15,095 bases of DNA, taken from contig JBGCFM010000031.1 in assembly GCA_045106895.1 (NCBI GenBank), positions 1-15,095 of the forward strand, written 5' to 3'. The DNA comes from Polyangiales bacterium (GTDB lineage Bacteria > Myxococcota_A > Polyangia > Polyangiales > Houyiibacteriaceae). The position numbers and the translations under genes are program-made. The notes beneath the pieces are model-generated. The model saw only the letters and a list, made by a program, of their open reading frames with translations. It was not told the DNA's origin and made no database searches. Below, in pieces: positions 7,704 through 14,886 of this stretch (within the stretch, counting starts at the first letter, position 1; each line of letters opens with the position of its first letter).

Positions 7704-8492
7704 CTAAAAGGAAACGGCGCTGTCCAAGGTGATGGGCTGTCGTCGAAGGCCCAAGTAGAGCCCCGTGGCGGCGGCGCCGGCCACAACGACGCCTAGCCCC
7801 ACCCAGACCCAAAGCGGCACGCCGCCGCTCTCGGAAGTGTCGTCGCTAGGACCTGCGACGGTAAGATCGACTTCGCCTCCCACGAGGGGCTCATCCTCGT
7901 TCCCAAGCAAGGCAACACGGTTCCCGTTCTCGTCGAGAACTTCGACGAAGTACTCGACCTGTGGAACTTCGGGCAGCGGAATGGTGGTGGAGGCGGATGC
8001 GACGTTGTTGTGCTCGTCATACTCCACCGACCCTGTTTCGCGGAATCGAACGATGATGTCCGTGGCCATCTCCAGCGGGTCGACGAGCTCCACGCGCAGA
8101 AGATGGCGCGCTTCGACGAAGCGAGCCTCCACGCCGAGAACATCGGAGCGCGAGGACCAGTAGCCCTTTGCTTCCATGAAGGGAGAACGAAGACGTGGCG
8201 CGAGGTTCGTGTCGACTTCCGCGTCGGGCGTGAGCGCGAGGAGCCGAATGTACGCGTCGCGGGAGCGCTCCTCTTCGTCGTTTGCCGCTGCAGCCATGCC
8301 GATGAGCTCGTAGATACGCGCGAGGTCCTCAGGGTCGTAGCCGCCTTCTTCGAGGGCGGCGGTCGCCTCTTCGAGAGCGCGTTCGAAGTCGATTTCGCCG
8401 TAGGCAGCTTCGGCTTCGCGCAGGTGACTTTGCGCCATCGCGATGGAGCTGAAGCAGAGCACGCCAAGGACCAAGACCAACGAGCGAATCAC
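7704..8492 (-). CDS. Exported TPR-like protein with a beta-sandwich domain and a C-terminal transmembrane anchor; start revised to GTG 8492 (262 aa)
   Basis: GGAGGAGG SD (8506-8499) precedes GTG 8492, which overlaps the upstream stop (GTGA). Signal peptide ending AMA-Q; helical TPR-like AEAAYGEIDFERAL...ARIYELIGMA...AYIRLLALTPDA..LAPRLRSPF; beta-rich middle; TM PLWVWVGLGVVVAGAAATGLYLGL. Confidence 0.8.
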   Translation of the reverse strand: MIRSLVLVLGVLCFSSIAMAQSHLREAEAAYGEIDFERALEEATAALEEGGYDPEDLARIYELIGMAAAANDEEERSRDAYIRLLALTPDAEVDTNLAPRLRSPFMEAKGYWSSRSDVLGVEARFVEARHLLRVELVDPLEMATDIIVRFRETGSVEYDEHNNVASASTTIPLPEVPQVEYFVEVLDENGNRVALLGNEDEPLVGGEVDLTVAGPSDDTSESGGVPLWVWVGLGVVVAGAAATGLYLGLRRQPITLDSAVSF

Positions 8493-8956
8493 TGGCAACC
8501 TCCTCCGCACTTTGCCGCGGCGGTACACGTGTTCGGGGGCATATCTTCAAACGCTTCGTGGTAGCCCTCCGTTGGGACAAGCACGATTTGAAGATCGGCA
8601 TCGTCAAGATAGACGTTTCGTATCGTGCACCCACTCAGGAGCACCTGCCCCGTCACGCTCCGAGCCACCGCGACATAGGCGACAGCTCCTTCTGGGGCAT
8701 CCGGATACGAAACGGCTCCCTCTTGAAAGTCACAGACGCTGACGCTTCCGGTGGTCATTGCATCAAGACCCGACACCTGTACCTCCGCGAGGAGACGTGG
8801 GCACGCATTCAAATCATCGTCGGCCACGGGGATCACATACACCTCGGCGTTCTCGCTTCGGACAAAAGTGTCTCGAGACGGGAAGTCGAGGGTCATGGAT
8901 TCCGTCGGTACAGCGCACGCGGAAACAACAAGCAGAAGACTGAAGACTCTCATCAC
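8489..8956 (-). CDS. Hypothetical Cys-rich lipoprotein (155 aa)
   Basis: MMRVFSLLLVVSA-C lipobox; six further Cys, three in the terminal TCTAAAKCGGGCQ; start and stop both overlap neighbouring genes by 4 nt. Confidence 0.8.
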   Translation of the reverse strand: MMRVFSLLLVVSACAVPTESMTLDFPSRDTFVRSENAEVYVIPVADDDLNACPRLLAEVQVSGLDAMTTGSVSVCDFQEGAVSYPDAPEGAVAYVAVARSVTGQVLLSGCTIRNVYLDDADLQIVLVPTEGYHEAFEDMPPNTCTAAAKCGGGCQ

Positions 8957-10224
8957 TGTAGCTCACTCGCCCGGACGATTCGGTCTGTGACGTACGCATC
9001 CATCGCGGCGTCGAATCGCCAGATTTCGTAGTCCGCCACAATATTGCCTTGGGCATCAAAGTCGACGGGGCCGCTCGCGCCTTCGTAGTTGATCGCGCCG
9101 CCTTCACGAATGATCTCCAGCGCTCCGGCCAGCTCCCCTGGTTCGAAGATTTCGCCGGGGTCCGACGAGACTTCAAAGAGAGAGTCACGGATCGCTGTCC
9201 CGTCGGTGGACCCGGCGTGCTCAATGGCGAGAACGAGCGCCATCATCGCGTCATATTGCTGGGTTCCGAACGCCCCAGGGTCCTCGGTGTAGGTCGCCCG
9301 AAAGTTGTCGGCGAAGGTGTTGAAAGCATTGCTATTGGGCTCACTGATCGGCGCAGTCCCGACCACCCCATCGACGTTCTCCGCGCTTCCAGCATTCGCG
9401 GGAAAATCATCGTTCTTCAGGCCATCGCTTCCAATCCACGTCACATCTGGCGGACTCGCGAGCTGACTCCAGTCACGAAGGATGAAGCCGCCTTCTTCCG
9501 CGAAGGCGATGAGTGCGATGCAGTCCGGATTCTCACCGGCAAGCTGTGCGACTTCGGCGGCGTAGTTGGCGCGCCCGGGCGCGAAAGCGATAGGCGCATT
9601 GACGCTCTGCTCGGGGGAGGCGAGTGATTCAAAGACGGACACAAGAGATGCTGCGAATGGATTGCCGTAGGCATCGTCCAGGTGAAGAATCGAAAGGCGC
9701 TCGCAGTTGTCGGCGGCGTAGCGTGCGGAGACCTGCGCCTGGAGTAGGTCGCTCGGAACTGTGCGGAAAAGAAAACGGTTGTCCGCGGGTTGCGCGGCGC
9801 TCAGGTCCTCGGAAGTCGCACAGCATGAAATCTGCGGAATCTGCGCAGCTTGAGTGACGTCGCCCACCGCGAGAGTTGCGCCAGAGATCAAGGGCCCAAT
9901 GATCGCCACGGCCCCTTCCTCTTCGATGAGTTGCCGCGTCACTCGCACAGCCTGATCAACCTCAGTTCGGTCATCCGCGAATACAATTTCGACAGGTCGT
10001 CCACCAAGAAGGCCACCGGCTGCGGCGACCTCGCGCTCGACGAGTTGGGCAGCCTGCAGGAGCGAGGGACCGAATTCTCCAGCGCCGCCGCTGAGGGAAA
10101 CCACAACGCCGATGCGAATTGGCTCTCCGCCAACCTCGGGCCCTGGCGCCGCACAGGCCGAAACCAGGATGCCCAAAAACAGCAGCGGAAGTCGTGCTTG
10201 GAGGCGCAGTGCGCGGGAGCTCAT
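8953..10224 (-). CDS. Type-I periplasmic substrate-binding lipoprotein (LivJ/LivK-like branched-chain amino acid family); no transporter genes in the window
   Basis: Lipobox LVSA-C; IRIGVVVSLSG, GGLLGGRPVEIVFADD, AIIGP..SG.T, FRTVPSD..QA, DDAYG, YDA, INYEGASGPVDFD..G. The ATG overlaps the kinase TGA by 1 nt. Confidence 0.92.
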   Translation of the reverse strand: MSSRALRLQARLPLLFLGILVSACAAPGPEVGGEPIRIGVVVSLSGGAGEFGPSLLQAAQLVEREVAAAGGLLGGRPVEIVFADDRTEVDQAVRVTRQLIEEEGAVAIIGPLISGATLAVGDVTQAAQIPQISCCATSEDLSAAQPADNRFLFRTVPSDLLQAQVSARYAADNCERLSILHLDDAYGNPFAASLVSVFESLASPEQSVNAPIAFAPGRANYAAEVAQLAGENPDCIALIAFAEEGGFILRDWSQLASPPDVTWIGSDGLKNDDFPANAGSAENVDGVVGTAPISEPNSNAFNTFADNFRATYTEDPGAFGTQQYDAMMALVLAIEHAGSTDGTAIRDSLFEVSSDPGEIFEPGELAGALEIIREGGAINYEGASGPVDFDAQGNIVADYEIWRFDAAMDAYVTDRIVRASELQ

Positions 10225-11966
10225 CAGTCCAATCCTACCCTTCGGCGAGTTGTCTCGCCGGGGCGGATGGTAACTCTATAGCGTTGCCGGAGTCCACGTT
10301 CCGGATTCACGAGGAGCAACGTATGAGCGCCCGCCGGAAGCCGGTGTCGAAGGATCGGGGTGGTCCCGAGCGATTCCCCGTTGAGGCTCACCTGAGACCA
10401 AGGAACCGTGTCGAGGGTCAGCAAACCGGTTTCGGCAGCCGGCGCGCTCGCCGTCTCAGCGGGCGTCTCGACCGTCATCTCGCTCATCTGCGTCATCCTC
10501 GCGGGGCGCGGGCGGCGACGTCGAGGTCGCATCGCCACCGTCGTGTCTTGGGCGGCTTCCGAAGGCGGCGTCTCTTGCTCCGATTCGCCTTCTTCCGCGT
10601 CGACGGTGTCGTCCTCCGGAACGGCGTCTTCGGTCTCTGGCGCATCACCGCCCTCTTCAGCCTCGCGGGAGTCGGGGGAGTCGGGGGCTTCATCGGCCTC
10701 GTCCCCAAAGTCCATCGGCTGTGGGTCCAGGGGGTCGCCCGCGGCCACGGTATCGCCGTTTCGCACATCCCCGGAGAAGAGTGCGGCCAGGAGTCCGCCG
10801 AGGACCGCCGAGAAAAGAAGAATGAGGAGAATGATCCAGCGCCCGGAGCGACGCGGCTCCTGAAACTCGCCGCTCTGGACCGGAGGTAGGAGCGACTGCT
10901 CGCGGTTGATGACGCCGGAGTGACTCCCTGTTGACGTGTGCACCGGCGCGAGGGCTTCACCTTTGAGTTCTCCGGCCATGTAGGCCTTCAGAACGCGACG
11001 TTGCTCGTCGCGCTCGCGCTCGAAGAGACCGATGACCATCGCGCCGATGTCCGAACGCGAGGCGCGCAGCCCTGCCTCGTGCATATAGTTTTCGAGGTCT
11101 TCCTTCATCTCCCGGGCGCTCTGGTAGCGGGCCATGGGATCGCGCTGAAGGCTCCGGTCCACGATGGCCGCGAGGGGCGCAGGAATGCCCGTTTCGTCCA
11201 GCGAGAGAATCTGCGATGTGAGCGTGTTGTGGAGCGTGAGGACTTCGCTGTCGCCCTTAAAAAGCCGGCGACCCGCGAAGGCCTCCCACATGACGACGCC
11301 AAGACTCCAAAGGTCCGCGCGATGATCGTGTGCGCCCGGCGCAGCTTGCTCCGGCGCGATGTAGGCGAACTTACCTTTGACCTGGCCGGCGCGGGTCTCG
11401 TTGAGCTGTGTCCCCGCCTTCGCGATGCCGAAGTCCAGGATCTTCACCTGACCTTCGTAGGTAATGAAGAGGTTGCCCGGCGAGATGTCGCGGTGAACCA
11501 CGTTGAGGGGCGATCCGTCAAAATCGCGAAGAGAATGCGCGTAGTGAAGCCCGTCGAGGACGTCGATAAAGAGCTTCACGCCCACCGAGAGCGGCAGCGG
11601 CTCGTCAACCTTTCGTGCGTGACGCAAAACGCGCGCAAGAGACTGCCCCTCCAAGTACTCCATCGCGAGATAGTGGAGACCTTCGGCGTGGCTGATCTCG
11701 TAGGTCTGAACGACATGAGGATGATTGAGGCGTGCGGCGAGGCGGGCTTCGTCGAGGAACATGCCGACCAAGCCCTCTTCCTCTTCGAGGTGCGGATGCA
11801 GACGCTTGAGCACCGTCAGCTTCGTAAAGCCTGCAGGGCCCCGGTTGGCCGCGAGGAAAACCTCGGCCATGCCGCCGTGGCCGATCTTTGCGATCAGCGT
11901 GTATTTGCCGAACGCTTCATCGTTCGGTGCTCGCACCATCGCGCGGCTCTCGTCGTTTAGCGTCAC
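10224..11966 (-). CDS. Membrane-spanning eukaryotic-like Ser/Thr protein kinase with C-terminal PEGA-like domain
   Basis: IGHGGMAEVFLA, VLKRL, FLDEARLAARLNHPHVV, HRDISPGNL, DFGIAK, GKFAYIAPE, DLWSLG; TM WIILLILLFSAVLGGLLAALF; acidic linker; PEGA-like LTLDTVPWSQVSLNG..LGTTPI....LPAGAHTLLLVNP. Start could be GTG 11966 or ATG 11939. Confidence 0.95.
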   Translation of the reverse strand: MTLNDESRAMVRAPNDEAFGKYTLIAKIGHGGMAEVFLAANRGPAGFTKLTVLKRLHPHLEEEEGLVGMFLDEARLAARLNHPHVVQTYEISHAEGLHYLAMEYLEGQSLARVLRHARKVDEPLPLSVGVKLFIDVLDGLHYAHSLRDFDGSPLNVVHRDISPGNLFITYEGQVKILDFGIAKAGTQLNETRAGQVKGKFAYIAPEQAAPGAHDHRADLWSLGVVMWEAFAGRRLFKGDSEVLTLHNTLTSQILSLDETGIPAPLAAIVDRSLQRDPMARYQSAREMKEDLENYMHEAGLRASRSDIGAMVIGLFERERDEQRRVLKAYMAGELKGEALAPVHTSTGSHSGVINREQSLLPPVQSGEFQEPRRSGRWIILLILLFSAVLGGLLAALFSGDVRNGDTVAAGDPLDPQPMDFGDEADEAPDSPDSREAEEGGDAPETEDAVPEDDTVDAEEGESEQETPPSEAAQDTTVAMRPRRRRPRPARMTQMSEMTVETPAETASAPAAETGLLTLDTVPWSQVSLNGESLGTTPILRHRLPAGAHTLLLVNPERGLRQRYRVTIRPGETTRRRVGLD

Positions 11967-11974
11967 CTGGACGG

Positions 11975-12005
11975 AAGCTTCACGGCTTCAGAGGGCCGGT
12001 GTCAA
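11975..12005 (-). promoter_or_regulatory. Candidate promoter of the kinase operon
   Basis: Consensus TTGACA at 12005-12000 on the minus strand; only a weak -10 (GAAGCT at 18 nt or AAGCTT at 19 nt). Confidence 0.35.
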
Positions 12006-12075
12006 ACAAGCGCGGGCCGCCTACCCCAGAGCACACCCTGATTTCGGGACGGGCCCGAAGCTCCAGACGCAATCG

Positions 12076-12104
12076 CGCCCGCGCTGGCAGAGCCGGCGCG
12101 GGCG
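12076..12104 (-). terminator. GC-rich hairpin downstream of the acyl-CoA dehydrogenase, probable terminator or RNA-stabilising stem
   Basis: CGCCCGCGCTGGC-aga-GCCGGCGCGGGCG, a 13-bp stem with one mismatch; no good U-tract. A second small dyad TTCGGG-N5-CCCGAA lies at 12043-12059. Confidence 0.5.
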
Positions 12105-12131
12105 TCATCAAACAGCGATGCTGCGCTCTAG

Positions 12132-13955
12132 TTAGCTAAAATCGGGCCCAAAAGCGCGATCGTCCATCGCCAAAGCGCTCTCGTCACAAGTACGGAGAAC
12201 ACGTGCGTCGGAGACAACCCCTGGAACGATGTTCAAGGCGTAGTGGATGCCCGAGAGCTTCTTGCCCACGTAAAACGCCTTCTCGTCGCCTTCGGCAGCG
12301 TCGATCTTGCCGCGGGCGATGACCGTCTGCTCGAGGAGGAGCCAGCCGAGGGTGAGGCGGGCCATCATCTCGAGGAATCGCTCTGCCATGAGAGGAATCT
12401 TCGCCATCTCGCCCTTTTGGAACCAGCCGAGGAAGAGCATGACGCAAGCGCCGACGGACTCGTGCGCCTTCTTGAGGTTCTCGATAGCTCCCTTGAGCTC
12501 TTCGTCGTCCTTGTGGGCTTCGATGAACTTTTGAACTTCGCCGAGGAACGCGCGGGTGTTGGCGCCGCCGTTCTGTCCAAGCTTACGACCGACGAGGTCC
12601 ATGGACTGGATGGCGTTCGTGCCTTCGTAGATGCTGAAGATCTTCGTGTCGCGGGCGTACTGCTCCACGGGCCAGTCCTTGAGGTATCCGGCGCCGCCGT
12701 AGACCTGAATCGCCGTCTCGCAGATGCGGTACGCCTCGTCGGAAGCGTGCGCTTTGACGATGGGCGTCAGCAGATCGATCTGACCCTGGTGGTACGCCAC
12801 CGTCGCGTCGTCGCCTTCGGCGGCGCGCATGCGGTCCTGGTGCATCGCCACCTTGATGATGAGGGCGCGCAGACCTTCAACGCGGGCCTTCATGTTGAGA
12901 AGGTCGCGGCGAACGTTTGGATGCTCGATGATGGAGACGCGCTCCGCCTCCGGGTTCTTGAAGTCCTTGATGGACGCGCCCTGCTTGCGGTCACGGGCGT
13001 AGTCGAGGGCGTTGAGGTACGCCGTGGACGCGACGGAGAGGCCCTGATTTCCAACGCCGATGCGGGCGAAGTTCATCATCTTGAACATCTGGCGCATGCC
13101 CTGATGTTCGACGCCGCCGACGAGCTCGCCGAGGCAGCCGCCGTCTTCACCGAAGTTCAGGACGCACGTCGCGTTGCCGTTGATGCCCATCTTGTGCGCG
13201 ATGGAGGCGACCTGAACGTCGTTGGATTCGCCGGTCTCAATGTTGTTCTTCGGGACGATGAAGAGCGAGAGGCCCTTTGTTCCCGCGACGGCACCGTCGA
13301 TGCGCGCGAGGACGAGGTGGACGATGTTGTCCGCCATGTCGTGGTCGCCGCCGGAGATGTAGATCTTCGTGCCTTTGATCTTGTACTTGCCGTCTTCCGC
13401 AGGCGTCGCCGTGGTGTTCGACGAACCGACATCGCTTCCGGCGTGCGGCTCCGTGAGGCACATCGTGCCGCCCCAGGTTCCGTCCATCATCTTCGTCGGG
13501 TAAGCCTTCTTCTGCTCGTCGGTGCCGAAGTGGGCGATAACTTCCGCCGCACCCAGGGAGAGGCCCGGGTACATGTTGAAGGCGGTGTTGCTGCCGCTGA
13601 TGAGCTCGTCCGTCATCAGACCGACGGTGGCCGGCGCGTCCATGCCGCCGAACTCCGCAGGCGAGGAAATCGTGCGCCATCCAGCTTCGTAGAGGCGATC
13701 CCAGGCGTCCTTGAAACCGGCGGGCGTCGTGACCTTGCCGTCCTTGAAGACGCAGCCCTTATCGCCGACGGCATTAAGAGGGCCCGTCACGTCCGTCGCG
13801 AAACGGTAAACCTGGCTGATGACCTCTTTGATGGTCGCTTCATCCCAGTCCGAAAAGGGACCCTGCCCGTAAAGGTCCCCGAGCCCGTAGTGCTCAAAAA
13901 GCAGGAAGTTGAAGTCGCGAAGGTCGGCCTTGTAGCGGTTGATGGGCTGGGACAC
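12132..13955 (-). CDS. Long-form (about 600 aa) acyl-CoA dehydrogenase, FadE5/DmdC-like architecture
   Basis: GTMCLTEPHAGSDVG, IKGTKIYISGGDHD...NIVHLVLAR, GTKGLSLFIVPK, HKMGINGNATC, MFKMMNFARIGVG, LLTPIVKA, AIQVYGGAGY, catalytic IYEGTNAIQ; GTG start with GAGGAG SD. Confidence 0.96.
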   Translation of the reverse strand: MSQPINRYKADLRDFNFLLFEHYGLGDLYGQGPFSDWDEATIKEVISQVYRFATDVTGPLNAVGDKGCVFKDGKVTTPAGFKDAWDRLYEAGWRTISSPAEFGGMDAPATVGLMTDELISGSNTAFNMYPGLSLGAAEVIAHFGTDEQKKAYPTKMMDGTWGGTMCLTEPHAGSDVGSSNTTATPAEDGKYKIKGTKIYISGGDHDMADNIVHLVLARIDGAVAGTKGLSLFIVPKNNIETGESNDVQVASIAHKMGINGNATCVLNFGEDGGCLGELVGGVEHQGMRQMFKMMNFARIGVGNQGLSVASTAYLNALDYARDRKQGASIKDFKNPEAERVSIIEHPNVRRDLLNMKARVEGLRALIIKVAMHQDRMRAAEGDDATVAYHQGQIDLLTPIVKAHASDEAYRICETAIQVYGGAGYLKDWPVEQYARDTKIFSIYEGTNAIQSMDLVGRKLGQNGGANTRAFLGEVQKFIEAHKDDEELKGAIENLKKAHESVGACVMLFLGWFQKGEMAKIPLMAERFLEMMARLTLGWLLLEQTVIARGKIDAAEGDEKAFYVGKKLSGIHYALNIVPGVVSDARVLRTCDESALAMDDRAFGPDFS

Positions 13956-14009
13956 AGAAGATCTCCTCGAAGCGCTTTACGGCGCTTTTACTGGGTTGAA
14001 GGTGTCCGG

Positions 14010-14057
14010 AATCTGTCGGCATTGGCGCGCCGCGTCAAGTCGCTGAATGGCGATTCA
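14010..14057 (-). promoter_or_regulatory. Candidate promoter of the acyl-CoA dehydrogenase with an adjacent palindromic operator
   Basis: Minus strand TTGACG (14038-14033), 17 nt, CAGATT (14015-14010); dyad TGAAT-GGCG-ATTCA at 14044-14057 just upstream of the -35. Confidence 0.5.
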
Positions 14058-14178
14058 TTTTTACCGCGCTCGATTCGTTTCCATGCACGCCCAACCTGTG
14101 ATTCGGCGCACACATTCCGGCCAATCGGCCGACTCAGCTTCGATGGAGCGATGTGCCTTGTGTGGTAGTAAACGCCTC

Positions 14179-14809
14179 GTGAGGTTCATCCCCGTCACAA
14201 CGATGCTCATTGCGGGGTTGGCGCTTTCGCAGCCGGCCCTTGCGGAGGACCTTGCGGATCCGCCCGCCGGGGAAAACCTGTCTCACGACCACCGCCGAGC
14301 GATGGGCGGAGCCTGCGTCAGGAGGCGTGATCGGAGCGGTATTGGTCTTCGCCGTGACCGCCGGAGGCTCCCGTCTCGTGTACAACGCGGGTGTCTCGAG
14401 CAGCCGCTCGAGCGGAGGCGAATCCGAATATGAGCTGCAAGCGCTGTCGTTCCTGGGTGTCGCGTCAAGTCTCGGCCCACTCGGAAGCGCCGTTTCAATT
14501 TGGCAAGGGGGACGCGGCGCGGGAGGGAACGCTAACTACGGCCTGACACTCCTTGGCTCGTTCACCGGAACCGTGGTGGGCGGTGGGGCTGCGACCTTGC
14601 TCGCTCTCAGCGCCGAGTTCGAACAGCTTCTCTGGGCCGCACCACTCATCGCGGGCGTGTTTCAGTACGCCGGTGGACTCCTCGCCTACCACTTCAGCGA
14701 CAAAGCCCGCGCCGCGCATGTCTCAGACGACGAGACAACGCTGCTTCTTGAACCTTACTTCGCGTCGTCGCGTGCCGGATTTGCGCTCGGTCTCGGCGGC
14801 CGCTTCTAG
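14179..14809 (+). pseudogene. Gly-rich membrane protein with signal peptide and terminal Phe, interrupted by an apparent +1 frameshift near 14320 (pseudogene or sequencing error)
   Basis: GTG 14179 frame gives MRFIPVTTMLIAGLALSQPALA-EDLADPP...RRAMGGACV; the next frame continues GGVIGAVLVFAV...FALGLGGRF*. Removing one base (e.g. A14320) gives a coherent 209-aa protein. Confidence 0.65.
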
Positions 14810-14851
14810 CAGCGGCCCCGTCGGCCTTCCTCGGGGTGAGCGGCGCGTAGC

Positions 14852-14886
14852 TGGACTCGCCTCACGGCCCGGCGTATGCCGCCGTC
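14852..14886 (+). promoter_or_regulatory. Candidate leaderless promoter of argS
   Basis: TGGACT (14852-14857), 17 nt, TATGCC (14875-14880), 6 nt, ATG 14887; no SD. The -10 lacks the conserved final T. Confidence 0.4.

Noticed and set aside
8493..8528. MYRRGKVRRRLP start of the TPR-like ORF, superficially a twin-arginine signal
   Set aside because: It overlaps the upstream gene in another frame, lacks the S/T-R-R-x-F-L consensus, and the SD supports GTG 8492.
8489..10224. Impression of more A/T-ending codons in the SBP and small lipoprotein genes, suggesting horizontal acquisition
   Set aside because: Not quantified; no integrase, IS, tRNA or flanking repeats; lower expression would explain it equally well.
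10938..11960. 340-aa plus-strand ORF, and similar long ORFs at 6723-7796, 2172-3059, 5334-6062 and 976-1905
   Set aside because: Shadow or alternate-frame ORFs over well-supported genes; Arg/Ala-rich and without recognisable domains.
12243..14168. 641-aa plus-strand ORF
   Set aside because: Antisense shadow of the acyl-CoA dehydrogenase, expected with high GC at third codon positions; no motifs.
13956..14178. Longest intergenic region as a possible sRNA or riboswitch
   Set aside because: No recognisable RNA family motif or extended structure; explained by divergent promoters and an operator-like dyad.
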